Origin: Octopus vulgaris
Lineage: Eukaryota
Reading direction: 5' to 3'
Assembly (NCBI GenBank): GCA_951406725.2
Contig: OX597814.1
Span: 139,748,001 to 139,812,000 of the forward strand
Length of the DNA stretch: 64,000 bases
Shown here: piece after piece, positions 35,800 to 48,675 of the stretch
Layout of the letters: each line of letters starts with the position of its first letter
Numbering within the stretch: the stretch's first letter is position 1
Program-made: the position numbers and the translations under genes
Notes under the pieces: generated by a model
Told to the model about the DNA's origin: nothing
The model's database searches: none
What the model saw: only the letters and a program-made list of their open reading frames with translations

Positions 35800-36126
35800 T
35801 ACAACGAGCTTCTTTCAGTTTCCGTCTACCAAATCCACTCACAAGGCTTTGGTCTGCCCAAAGCTATAGTAGAAGACACTTGCCCAAGGTGCTACGCAGT
35901 GGGACTGAACCTGGAACCATGTGGTTGGTAAGCAAGCTACTTACCACACAGCCACTCCTACACCTATGCATACACTTGTACTTTGAGTAGGCCTATATGT
36001 TATAACTGGTTTATATTAAAGAATAAAGATATTGTGAGTTGGAGTCAGAGTCGATATAGTTTTACCGACTCCGACTCCAGCTACCACCTAATCTTTTTCA
36101 ACTCCGACTCCAACTCCACAGCCCTG
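35159..36126. mobile_element. hAT-type MITE with GACTCC subterminal repeats, containing a rearranged SINE
   Basis: Ends CTGGGCTGTGG / CCACAGCCCTG; 8-bp TSD GATGTAAG at 35151-35158 and 36127-36134. Confidence 0.88.
35283..35964 (-). mobile_element. SINE type A with inverted templated insertions at 35519-35726
   Basis: Tail 35283-35480 and head 35800-35964 flank two inverted local copies and a (TA)n tract. Confidence 0.88.
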
Positions 36127-37504
36127 GATGTAAGTGTATAGTCATATGCTGTATAAGAGATGGCTTGTCAGATCTTGGCATAATTGTGAATGTTTTGTTG
36201 TTCACTCCCATTGATATATTAAAGACAGTTTTCTTACAGTATTGTTTAGCCCCAAATCAACTCTAGATAAGTTGACTTGGATTAAAGACAATCCAGCTGT
36301 GATCAGCCCAGTTCAGGATTATGACTCCGTTGACCAACATATCCTTCCTTTATCTTAAGGCTGTAGGATGTGATTTGATTGTTATTTCTGGTAAATCAAG
36401 TAACTACATAGAGATTCGCTCATTGGTTCATGTATTTTGTACTACAGTCACAACTCCTTCAGTTCACACAAATTACTAAGAAGCTTAAACACACTCACAC
36501 ACGTACACACACATACAAAATGTGATAAATCAACAGGAGGTTTATAGTTTGTAACATTTAAAGATTAAGATAGGATTTATTGAAAAATTAAATTTCCTGA
36601 AGTTGGATTACTTCAAGTTTATAAAATAAGTATGTGTGATGTTTCAGGTGACTTTTCATGGAATACATACTTATTTTACAAATTCTATTAGGTGTATTTT
36701 GCAGACACAAACCATTCTCTCAAATTTCTTCAGATTTTAAAAACTTTTTCTTGTATATTCTTTTATTCTTTCAGTCATTTGACTGTGGCTATGCGGGAGC
36801 ACCACTTTGAAGGGTTAATTTCTTAAGCCTGGAACTTATTCTATTGGTCTCTTTTGCTGAACTGCTAAGTTATGGGGGAATAAACACATCAACACCAGTT
36901 GTCAAGCAGTGATGGGGTGATAAACAAAGACCCACACACACATGTACATGATGGGTTTCTTTCAGTTTCTGTCTACCAAATCCATTCACAAGGTTATAGT
37001 AGAAGACACTTGCCCAAGGTGCCATGTAATTAGTTTTCATATTTTAGCTTCCCGTTTTATTGCATGTTTATTTGTGTTAAATAATGCTATCAAAAAGATC
37101 CTTCAATACTATACACCCCACTCGGTTGAGGATTCTTGTCTTGATGCCCTCATATTTGTAATGGCACCATGAGAAAAACACCCAACACCCTCAGTGTTGT
37201 GATTGGCTCTAGCTTGTCAGCTCCTGTTTAAAGACCCAATCCATGCCGGTATGGAAAACAGACATTAAATGATGATGATGATGATGATGGTTAACTATGA
37301 AATAAATGCATCAAGTGCCTCTGGAAATTATCAACAGTTTGTGTTTAAGTATTTCTGTAACTAAATGGATTATTATGAAAATTAAGTTCATTGTCCTTAT
37401 TAGACAAGCTTCAAATTTTCAGATCTTATTTTTAATACCATCTTCATGATCTTACCACAAAGGTCTAGGACATTTCCATGAAGGAATATAGCATGAACTC
37501 ACCT

Positions 37505-37830
37505 TTTCTTTTTATGTCTTTTTTCTCTCTCTAATTTGGCTGTTCTGGAAGAAGGAGTTGTGCCCATTGCCGTTGCAGGCCTTCCAAGATCAGCAAAATT
37601 GATGTGGTTACTATTTCCCTTGAACTGTTGCATGAAATATGTGCAGGGAAAGAATTCCAGAAAGCTGATATTCTAAGAATTAAGGACAATTTATAATAGT
37701 GAGTGTAAAGCTTGTTGAGTAGAAGATGGACACAGTATGGATGACAAGAGGGAAGATAACCGCATGAGTGAAGGCTCTGAAGAGCAAAGACCACTATAGT
37801 CATAGAAAAGGTTGAGAGAAATCCATGTGT
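37505..37830 (-). mobile_element. Jockey/I-type LINE 3' coding relic
   Basis: ISLNLFYDYSGLCSSE..SCHPYCVH..YYKLSLILRISAFWNSFPAHI fits the SLSLFYRYYxGxCSSEL..HPYxV..SFFPRTxxLWNSLP pattern. Confidence 0.7.
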
Positions 37831-38611
37831 GTACCAGTAGTTGGAGTGTGTTAGTGAACTGTTTGCAAAGTGAAATTCTTAACCACACAGCTATATCTGT
37901 ATTGTCACTATGTTTGCCAAATGGCCATAATTTTTTTCCATTACTACATGCCTGATTCTAATATTTATTAATTAAAATCTTGATGTAGCCAACCTCTTTC
38001 AATATTTAAAGATTTCAAGTTGTCACTTCTGCCTGTCTTGGGTAGATTCATTGTTTACCTATTCTTTGTGCAAGTAGGGTCCTGATTAATTAAAGTTTTC
38101 CCTCTCACCACATTAACTGTGTTAGTTCTTATTTTACTAGTTTTTGTTTATTTTGTTGGACATTTTATTGATTAAATTGCTTTTTTCAAAAATATTTTGC
38201 AAAACAAACTGAAACTCCTTTGACATAATCTTGAGTCCTGATATTGATTGCAAATTTCTCAAAGTTCCTATCAACGTAAGTTTTCTTACTATTAATAAAA
38301 TCATTGAAAGTTATTGTATTTTAAGGTGGCTATTCAAAAATTTATTAAGATTTTGTTTTTACAAAGCTAGAAATAAAATTCCCTGTCTTTAAAATTGTGC
38401 AAGTATCAAGTTTTTTTTTCTCTTTTGGCTGATGACTCTTCTTGGTATCACAGACACACCAGCTAGTGCTGCCTCAAGGGGTAGCCAAACTGCACTGTTG
38501 CCCAAGGGCCTCATGGGTTTAGGAGCTCAATTATGATCTATGAATGTTGTGGTTTGCTGTCAATAGATAAATACAATACAGCCCAATGTATGCAATATTG
38601 TTAAGATGGTC

Positions 38612-38743
38612 TGCCAAGGTCAACCTTGCCTTTCATCCATTTGGTGTTGATAAATTAAGTATGAGTTGCGTACTGGGGTCGATCTAATCGACTGGCCACC
38701 TCCCCCCAAATTTTGGGCCTTGTACCTAGAGTAGAAAAGAATT
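38612..38743 (+). mobile_element. 5'-truncated SINE type B inserted at a MITE end
   Basis: 11-bp TSD TTAAGATGGTC at 38601-38611 and 38744-38754. Confidence 0.88.
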
Positions 38744-38867
38744 TTAAGATGGTCCAACCAACAGCCCTCAATTTTGAGCACTCACAAGCAAGAAACAGCT
38801 AAGAGTACACAGAGTTGCCTTTCTCAGAGCATCTGACCAGAGTGGCCTGGTGTAGGTGATACTGAGG

Positions 38868-38912
<45 letters not shown>

Positions 38913-39167
38913 TGTGTGTAAGGAAATTTAGAAAATTTCAAACTTTATAGTTAATTTGAAATTTGATAATGTATGCATATGAAATCAACTGATCAGTAAT
39001 TTTAAATTGATTAAGAAGGAATACAATATCATGTAATTAATTGTAAAGAAATCACATGGTTTTTATATTGAACAGAACAAAAATAATTACATGCATAGAG
39101 GGGGGAAAAAAGGATGATGACAATCTTGATGATGCTGTGGAGAATAATTGCAATTTGGTCTCTTTGT

Positions 39168-39572
39168 TTACTCTTTTACTTGTTTCAGTCATTTGACTGT
39201 GGCCATGCTGGAGCACCACCCTTAGTCGAGCAAATCGACCCCGAGGACTTATTCTTTCTAAGCCTAGTACTTATTCTATCAGTCTCTTTTGCCGAACCTC
39301 TAATTTACGGGGAATGTAAACACACCACCATCGGTTGTCAAGCAATGGTGGGGGGACAAACACAGACATACAAACATATATACACACACACATATATATA
39401 CATATACATGATGGGCTTCTTTCAGTTTCTGTCTACCAAATCCACTCACAAGGCTTTGGTTGGCCCAAGGTTATAATAGAAGACTCTTGCCCAAGGTGCC
39501 ACACAGTGGGAATGAACCCAGAACCATGTGGTTGGTAAGCAAGCTACTTACCACTCAGCCACTTCTGTGCCT
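39168..39572 (-). mobile_element. SINE type A, full length
   Basis: Aligns end to end with 33221-33636. Confidence 0.9.
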
Positions 39573-39739
39573 GTTTACCTTTTTTTTTATATATCTCTTC
39601 AGGCATTAAATTAACATCAGCGCTGGTCACTAGTAAAATGTTTTAAAAGAAAAGCAAAGAATATTATTGTTATATTCATCATATCTCAAAATTATTATTT
39701 CATATTACATTTTCTTTTGTCATATCCAGTTATATACTG

Positions 39740-40340
39740 AGCACTTTTCTTCTCAATTTACATCTACTGTATAGAGACATACCTGCAACCTATGCAAAAG
39801 CATATCATCTCTCTTTCATTCTTGTTTTTACTGTGTCTTCATTTCTACTCTGCTGCTTCATACTATCAGACACCCTCTAGTCTCCCACTCATTCTTGGTA
39901 CCTCTGCCTCACTCATTCCTATCCACTCTGGTACCTAATCATAACTTATATCACTTTCTAGTTCCCCTCTCCCTTGTAAAATGATAGTAGTCATGTCTCC
40001 CCTCTATAGTAAGAAATCTGTCCTGCTCCAGACCTTTGCTATCATACTTCACCCCTCTCTACTCCTTATTCCCCTAGCGTAAAGTCCCACATATACACAC
40101 ATACTTTGGGGTTTGTAGTCCTACAAGCTGCATGGCAATGTCACTAGTGCAGGTGGCACCGAAAGGAAGAAAAATAGCACTGCGTACATGCTGTAAAATG
40201 GTTGGCATTAGGAAGGACATCCAATTGTAGAAACTATGCCAAAGCAGACAATGGAGCATTTTGCAGTCCTTGGGCCCATCAAATCCTGTCAAACTGCCCA
40301 ACCAATGCCAGCATGGAACATGAACAGGTGGTGATGGTGG
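39740..40340 (+). mobile_element. Old RTE-subfamily long pyrimidine-rich 3' UTR and terminus
   Basis: Ends GTTGGCATTAGGAAGGACATCC..TGCCAGCATGGAA; shares internal sequence with 13595-13990. Confidence 0.65.
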
Positions 40341-41050
40341 CGGCGGCAGCGGTGCTGCTGTTGCATAGTATAGTGGGATGAAGTCTAATACTTCAGTTTT
40401 TTTGTAATTTTGCAATTCGTGCATAATGTGAAGTATGAGAGAAATCAAATAAAATGACAGTAAAAATAGATTATAGCTGTTTTTACTTAAAGCTATTATT
40501 CTCTAAATACATTATAAACTGTCCCTGAAATTTTCATTCTGAAGTCTACAAGAATGATAGATTTGTAAATTATTTAACATAAAAATTTTTAAAAAAACCA
40601 TTCATAACCATTTTCTATAACAAAATAACTTTTTCAATATTTCTCTTCCAAATAATATCACTATTTGTGTATTATTGGTCAACTTTGATCATCGAATTTC
40701 CTCAGTATTGGTGACAGTTTCATTGACTAACCATAAAAATTATCCCAGAAGCAAGCAGCAACAAACAATTGAACTTATTCTGTCAGTTATTGAAGATTAT
40801 GCATAGCTTTCAAACTATCGCCATAGCCTTTAACTTACATTAAACAGCATCTACATGTGAATTTATTAGCCTTGTCTCTTTCCATTAGTAATGCACTATT
40901 TTTTCTAACTTTTATGAAATGAGCTCATGTTTACCCAAACTCATATATATATATATAAAAGTTCAGCAAAATTTAGATTCAGATGAATATGGTCAGAGGC
41001 ACCAGAATTTTGTATGGTATTATCCATATAAATCCATGGGGTGATTATAA

Positions 41051-41281
41051 TCAAAATAAGCAGCAAGTATATCTTAGGTAATTTGGTACAAGCGTTTCAT
41101 GCTACTTCATTTTATAAAACTTTGTAAGTATTACATCAGTTTTAAAATGTTGAGCAATCTTCAGCCATTTATAGAAGTCTTCCATCAAACAGACAATACA
41201 TATTCTTATTTTCATTTCGTTTAAAATGAAGTAGCATGAAATGATTGTACCAAATTACCTAAGATATACTTGTTGCTTATT

Positions 41282-41285
<4 letters not shown>
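41051..41285 (-). mobile_element. Penelope-like terminal repeat with inverted truncated copy
   Basis: 64-bp inverted arms 41051-41114 and 41222-41285 (3 mismatches); contains a hammerhead core; abuts (TA)n. Confidence 0.7.
41084..41167 (-). ncRNA. Minimal type I hammerhead ribozyme with long stem II
   Basis: TGG-CTGAAGA-TTGCT..AGCAT-GAAA-C-GCTT-GT-A-CCA; all core residues present, GUA cleavage triplet. Confidence 0.7.
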
Positions 41286-41313
<28 letters not shown>

Positions 41314-42085
41314 CATCATCATCATTATTCAACATAATTTTCTTTTGTGGCATGGGTTGTATGGTTTGGCAAGAGCTGGCCAGCTGAAGAGCTGCCCAGG
41401 TTCCACATCTTTTGGTATGGTTTCTATAGCTGGGTGCCCTTCCTAATGCCAACCTCTTTACAAAGTATATTGGGCAGTACTGGTACAAGTGCTTATATGT
41501 GCACGCACACACACAGACACACACGCATTATAACTGAAAGGCTCCAATTTCCTGCACTTTGCTTGTTTCTGATCATCAGAATATCCACTGCCTAAATATT
41601 TTTTGAAATATGAGACGAAAGTTTGAAAGAAACACTTGTCCTTATGTTCTTTTGTTTACAAACCTTTATGAACAACACTTGCAAAAATGGCTGCTTCAGG
41701 CTCATGCTTTTTATTTCATTTCTGTTTCTTGTGGTAATATTATTATATACATCATAAGCTCTATACAATTGAGGCCATGAATGTGCATTGCTGTTTAAGC
41801 AATGTTCAAAAATAATACTTTTAAGTAATACTTTTAATCATTGTTTTTAAAATGAATGAGTGTGTATGTGAGTGTTTATTTTGCATGGGTTTGTGCAGTT
41901 GCATACATATGTACACTTAGACACACACGTAATTACAGAATTATATATTTACATATTTACATACATGTATACATTTACTTATATACGTATACCCACATAG
42001 ACATGCACACATGCATATATGTCAATAAGACCTATTAATTAAACATCTAAAAAATCAATGATTTTTTTCTGAACCAAATCAAATC

Positions 42086-42344
42086 TCAAGAAGGCTTGTA
42101 TTTGCATAAAAGATACTTAGCTGCATGCATACACAGCATTAATAGCTCAATTCTTTTGCTCAAACTTTTGGTGTCTTGAGAGAAAATTCTCAGTTTCTCG
42201 CTTAAACAAAGGTCACACCACATCCTTAATTTGAAGCTCCCATTCTTTTAAGGTTGCACATTATCTACAACAGACTAGGTAATTTTAAATTTGAGCGGAC
42301 TTATCTTCCTTATCAATTCCATATCAATAAGATTTAGATAAATC
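42086..42344 (-). pseudogene. Penelope-like element GIY-YIG endonuclease C-terminal relic
   Basis: KIT*SVVDNVQP*KNGSFKLRMWCDLCLSEKLRIFSQDTKSLSKRIELLMLCMHAAKYLLCKYKPS* fits the WSI..PY.NG..CxLCLxEK..LNKRxEL..CxH..K.LL pattern. Confidence 0.8.
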
Positions 42345-42492
42345 TAAAACAATATTTTTAGTCATATCAAGACTGGATTGGAACCTGGTGCAGATTCCCA
42401 GCTCACCAGTTTTCAGTTAAACTGTCCAACCCATGCCAGCAGGGGAAAACGGACATTAATGATGGTGATGATAATGATGATTGCACTTGACT

Positions 42493-42494
<2 letters not shown>

Positions 42495-42550
<56 letters not shown>

Positions 42551-42555
42551 TCTCT
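42495..42555. repeat. (CT)n microsatellite
   Basis: Direct reading. Confidence 0.95.
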
Positions 42556-43191
42556 TACAGACAGCCTGTCTTTTGGGGTTTGGGGGTTTGTTATTCCTTA
42601 GTACTGCTTATCAGTTCTTTTATCAAGACCCTCCCCTCAACTCATTACACAACTGCACTAATAAGTTTGTTTTCTTTTTTGAAAGAAACTTTATACTTTT
42701 TTTTTTATTAGCCGTGTTCTAAGTTTATCTAAATTTATTTTGTTCTTCAAATTTTTCTTAAAAGCATTTTTAAGTCTAAGCTTATGAAATTTATAAGTTG
42801 ATTTATTCAATAATTCCATTGATGCTTGTTTTCTCAGCTTCAAAACATGGAGCAATTTAGGTCAGTTTTCTGAATATGATGGCATTTAAAAACAAAGACT
42901 TTGGATGGTGTAATCATTTCAGGACATAATCCACAAAAAGCACTTAGTCATCATTGTTATTGTTGTTGTCCTCATTGCGGCACCCTCCCCCTCTTCCTCC
43001 CTCCCTCCCTCCCTCCCTCCCCCTCCTCCTCCCCCTCCTCCTCCTCCCCAGCCTCCCCTCTTCCTCCTTATTAATTGTTTTTATGTGTGTTTTAGAATAA
43101 GTGGATAGGGGATGTTTAAAGGTAATGCTCTATGGTTGAATGTCCTTTCTGATGCCAATCCCTTTTGTTACCTCTTACAACACATAGAGAT

Positions 43192-43560
43192 ACAATGTCC
43201 CTATTCCAAAATCTGGGACGCACTCAGTTAATGAACATTTTTTCATACACTTTTACACATTACTAATTAGATTATTTTTTTTATTATCCTTAAGTAACTC
43301 TTAACATCCTATGATATGAATCTCCATGGTACCACACCTGTTTGTTAATCCTATCTATACTATCTGAAACCACTCTTGTTTGCATTCATTTTAAACTCTC
43401 TCATCTAAAGAAGATACCTTTAATCCCTTCTTTTATCATTACAGTGTCTGCTATGCACTTCCATCTCAACTTCCCAAACCCCACCACCAGTGGGGGTTGC
43501 AATTTTTTTTTTGTGAAGATTTTGTATAGACTTTTCTTTCGTTAAGAAAGTGGTTCTGTT
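43192..43560 (-). mobile_element. Possible decayed Tc1-like transposon end
   Basis: TA-CAATGTCCCTATTCCAAAATCTGGGAC TIR-like end; weak CNP..WG..G remnants on minus strand. Confidence 0.35.
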
Positions 43561-43564
43561 TTAT

Positions 43565-43925
43565 CTTTTACCTTTTAATTGCTTCAGTAATTGGACTGTG
43601 GCCATGCTGGGGTACAGCAGTGAGGAATTTTAGTTGAATGAACTGACCCTGGTTCTTATTTTCTTTTTAAATCTGGTAACTATTCTGTTGGTTACTTTTG
43701 CCAAACAGCTAAGCTATGGGGAAGTAAACACACCGACACTGGTTGTCTCGCACACACACACACACACTTGATGGACTTCTTTCAGTTTCCGTCTATCAGA
43801 TCCACTTGCAAGGCTTTGGTTGGCCCAAGGCTACAATAGAAGACACTCGCCCAAGGTGTCATGCAGTGGGGCTGAACCCAGAACCACGTGGTTGGGAAAC
43901 AAACTTCTTACCACTAAGCTACACC
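43565..43925 (-). mobile_element. SINE type A
   Basis: Tail, (CA)n and head motifs. Confidence 0.82.
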
Positions 43926-46382
43926 TATTATTCATTCATTGAGTGACAATTTACTCAATGCTTTAATCAATGAATTAATAGCAAATAAGGCTTTGGTAAT
44001 GATAATCAGACCAGTATATGTATTTCTTGTATGTACCCTCAATATCTGACTTTGATCCATCTGATTTTTCACCAAGTGACTTGGTTTAAATATTATCTGA
44101 AGAATGGTCTGACAATTGAGCCTTTTACAAGTATTGTTAGTCCAAGAATACATTTAGGGCTTGATGTGAAGTTGGTGGAGTATTTTTTCCTACTTTTCTA
44201 TTGAGTTTTGATCAGTAGGATTATACAGCAAACTACAGAACAAAAAGAAGTCAACTTAGCTCCAGTGTGTTGAGATTTGTGCACACTTGGGTTTTTTTAA
44301 ATTTCTGAATTGAATAACAGCTTACCTGTAAATTTCATAATGAATAAACTGCAAAAGGATCAAGGCAAACCATTATTTTGTAATGTTTGTGTGTCTATTA
44401 CTAATTGCATTTAATTTATTGCCACATGATGATATCTGCACACCAGCGTGTCTCAATGGCATGGCTAAAGGACCAGCTCTCTTCTGAGTTCTATATGCTT
44501 AAGACTATCTTCTACTATTTGACTCATAACTGAAGCCCTTGACAAGTACTACAACTCTGGGTAACTAAGGGTTTACTTCACCATCCCCAAAGCCCTTAAT
44601 CTCAAAAAAGCTTAATGTCTTGTCCTGGTAACTACATTCAACTACCATACTTGGATTACAGGCCAATGTGGGGTTGCCTCCCATTCTGGATTTTACTTCA
44701 CTCTTCTAATTGGCTTTCTTGCCTTAACTGGTCTGTCTATCAGTTCATTCATCTTCCTGTCTGATTGTCTGTCTTTATTTGTTTGTATACCTGTTCAGTC
44801 ATCTGTGTCTCTGTCCATTCATTTTCAGTCTCTGTATTCATTCATGTTTCTGTGTGTCTGTTCATTCATATATTTATTCTCCTTCCTTTCTATTTCTCTA
44901 TTCATCTGGTTATTAAACAGGCAGAACAATATTAGGCTAAACAACATCAACAACTGCTTATATTATATTGGTTTCCAATACAAAATAGATGCTATTTAAA
45001 TACCCATTATTGTTTTGATACTGATTTTAACTGCTCCACTTATGATTGCTTTGAATGTTTTTCTGTAATATTTAAAGTGCATTTTTTAAGACAGTGTTGT
45101 ATCTACATATATTTTTAATTAAATATTAATCTTCTTTTGTTCAGTGCTGTCATAAGTGCTATAAATTTTCAATCTTCAAATTCCAGAACTTTTATAGTCT
45201 TTACAATTTGATACCAAGTAATAAAAAATTTATATGGCAAAAGAAGTTATAAAACATTGTTTGAGATAAAGATTCTTAGTAGAGGAGGAAGGGGAGAAAG
45301 AAAAAAAAAGCAACAATTGGAGGATGACTAGCATTAAAGACTTTTACTAGCAGATAGTAAATCATTGTTGTTTTGAGAGTACTGAATATTTATAAGTTAG
45401 CATTGAACATACTTTCTTTTGTTTATATTTTATGTAAAATAGAAAATCCATAAGTGTCTGCAAGACAATGCTGAACTTTAGACTGAACTAATAAGTTTCC
45501 ATAATTGGCTTAATAGGATACTTAAGTGGTATTACAGCAATATTAATAGAACTTGAAATGTGAAATGAAATCTCCTTTATAAGCTAAGATTGTAAACACT
45601 TCATCTGTTAAAGGAACTTAAGATTTATCCAGCTTGACTATGGCACCAACTGTTGGTTTTTCAAAATATTAAATAGAATATTATAACATATATTTTCTTT
45701 TGCTTTAATGTATATGTACCATATGGTGCATATTGTATAATTTTAATTAAGTATGCATGTAATAGTTTTTCTATAAAAGGTTTGTACTAAAGAATTACTG
45801 GAGTCACCATCAATGTATCATACCTTATATATAAAATCCTTTAAAATGTTTTAGCCCGAAGGCCGCGGCCATGCTGGGGCATATACATAGTTGATAGCCA
45901 AGTTACTGCAGTATTCATTCAAAGATAACATCTTTTATGGACATACTCTATTTAAAAGTACTATATATATATCAGAGGGAGACAACCATCCCAGCAGCGA
46001 TCAGTGAGAGTGCCAGGCAAATTTTGGCCTCCTTGGGCCTCATCAATGATGTATACTCAAAGCCAGCCAGATGCCTACATGACATTCTTCACATCTGATA
46101 TTGGTAACAGTGAATAAACAGTAACAAATAAATGCATAAAACTTCAGCATCTGCAATTGAGGCAGTATTAAAGCCATCTATGTATCATTCTTAATGTATA
46201 TACACCATTGACAGTTAAGTTACAACAGTATTGATCCAGAGATAACATTTTTTATGGATGTTTCCCATTGATATGTATTGTATCTTTAACCACAGCATGC
46301 CCATAAATAATGTTATCTCTTGACAAATTCTGCTGTAACTTGTCTGACAATGATGTATATATACATTAAGTATGTTATATAA

Positions 46383-46803
46383 ATCATCATCATCATCGTT
46401 TAATGTCTGTTTTCCATACTGGCATGGTTTGGACGGTTTCACTGAGATCTGGAGAGCCAGTGGCTGCACCAGTCTCCACTCTGATCTGGCAATGTTTCTA
46501 CAGCTGGATGCCCTTCTTAATGCCAACCACTCTGAGAGTGTAGTGGATGCTTTTTACGTGCCACCGGCACAGGAGCCAGTCAGGTGAGCCTGGCATCAAT
46601 CACTTTTGGATGGTGCCTTTTATGTGCCACTGACACAGGAGCCAGTTTGGGCACTGCCATCAGTCACGTTTGGATGGTGCTTTTTACGTGCCACCGGCAT
46701 AGGAGCCAGTCAGGTGGCCCTGGCATCGGTCACATTCAGATAGTGCTTTTTATGTGCCACCGGCATGGGAGCCAGTGAGGGGGCACTGGTATCAACCATG
46801 TTT
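46383..46803 (-). mobile_element. RTE 3' UTR with four to five internal units of about 63 bp
   Basis: Repeated GTGCTTTTTA.GTGCCACCGGCA..GGAGCCAGT. Confidence 0.85.
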
Positions 46804-47259
46804 GTATAGCTATTTTAATTTGATACTGCTTCAGTTGTATATACAAGATAGATTATATTATTTGAATCATATTTACACATGATGAGACAAAACAACAGCC
46901 AGCTGATAGTATATCAGTGATATTATTCCATACTATAGGTTGACTTTATTTGCTTGATAAATGTAATTATTTCATCAAGTATTAGGTTTCAACAATTCAT
47001 TTCACAGCCATGTGTTTCCAGATTTGACTAGCTGGCCAAACTCTTGAGCAAGTTCCTTTGACAATAGGCTTGGGTTGAACAGTTTTTGTGAGTGGAATTT
47101 GGTAGGCAGAAATTGTATGAAAATTTGTTGTGCACACTCATGTTTTGTGTGTGTGCGTGCACGCGTGCGCATGTGCATGCATGCATGCGCATGAATGTGT
47201 TTACAGGAGTAAACTGTGTATGTAGAGATAGAGTTGGGTTGTCCTTCTGGTGGTGTAAA

Positions 47260-47549
47260 GCACTCATGGTGGTGCTACATAAAAGAGTGTTATGGTGTCA
47301 CATATAAGCAACCATGCGGTGCTACATAAAGCACCTGTGTGGTGCCGAATAAAAACACACAGGATACTCTGTAAAGTGGTTGGTGTTAGGAAGGGCATCC
47401 AGCCATAGAAACCATGCAAAATCAGATTGGAGTCTGGTGCAGTCCTCCCCACCCACTCACCCAGCTGGCCAGCTCTGGTCAAACTGCCTAAACCATGCCA
47501 GCATGGACAATGGCATTAAACGATGATGATGATGATGATGACGATGATG
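47260..47549 (+). mobile_element. RTE 3' fragment with (GAT)n tail
   Basis: GTTAGGAAGGGCATCCAGC..CCATGCCAGCATGG..TAAAC(GAT)n. Confidence 0.82.
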
Positions 47550-48309
47550 GTAGATAGATAGATATAGTTGAAATAAGTACAAGTCTGAATAATAACTGAG
47601 ATCAATATGATCAGTTAAAGCTCTTGAAGACTATGCTCCTGCATGGCCAATATCTAATGATTTAAACTAGTAAAAGTGTAAAAGAAAAGTAACATATTCT
47701 TGGGTTTGTATTTTGGAGATATTGTTTGTTACTAAGTAGTGTTTCAATTTATTACTTTTTATTGATTTAAATTTTTTTACAAAATATATCAGTACAGCTG
47801 TTATTACATGCCTATTATAATTATTGCTTTTACAAAAATGTAGGCAATTGCATGATAAACTAAACAAATTCATAGACAGTTGAGTGTCTGATTTTAAACA
47901 TTCAATTCAAAATGTCTTATTATAATTGACAATCTGTATAATAGGTTTGTAAAATAACAATTATTGGTAATTATGGTATAATGTTTTGAGCTGTACATGA
48001 GATTGAGATTAAAAGATTGATACCAGAATTGTATTTCTGAAAATTTGCTACCTGCTAGTCTTACATGTACCATGATAACTTGTAGAAGTTTAAGTAAGTC
48101 AATGGAGCATTACTTCATTCAGTATGCCAAAGAAAACGGTTACCAGCTCTTTCTGGGAAGTTATCTGTGATAGACTAATGACCTGTCCAAAGAAAAATCT
48201 ACCGCTCATCCTCCTACAGTTAAGGAACTTATACATTCTGGTCATGTATGGAATTATTCACTTTCATTTTATTCATTTTGAAATATCATGTAATTTTTTT
48301 CTATGAATT

Positions 48310-48675
48310 AGGTGCAGATGTGACTTCCCAACCATATGGGTCCAGGTTCAGTCCCACTGTGTAGTGCCTTCAGCAAGTGTCTTCTACTATAGCCTCAGGC
48401 CGACTAAAGCCTTCTGACTTCATTTGGTAGATGGAAACTAAAAGAAGCCTGTCATGTATATGTGTGTGTGTGTGTGTGTGTGTCTTTGTCCTCCCCACCA
48501 TCACTTGACAACTGATGTTGGTGTGTTTATGGCCCTGTAACTTAGTAGTTCAACAGACCAATCAAATAATTACTAGGCTTACAAAGAATAAGTCAATTTC
48601 TTCAACTAAAACCCTTTAAAACAGTGCTCCAGCATGGCTGCAGTCAAATAACTGAAACAAGTAAAAGAATAAAAG
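48310..48675 (+). mobile_element. SINE type A
   Basis: Head, (TG)n and tail. Confidence 0.85.

Noticed and set aside
41563-41582. CTGATGA-TCA-GAAAC on the minus strand
   Set aside because: No stem II possible and no stem I or III partners; likely chance.
44520-44725. Possible Jockey-type RT relic (EALDK..IPKALN..GLPP)
   Set aside because: Similarity is fragmentary across frames and needs a profile search.
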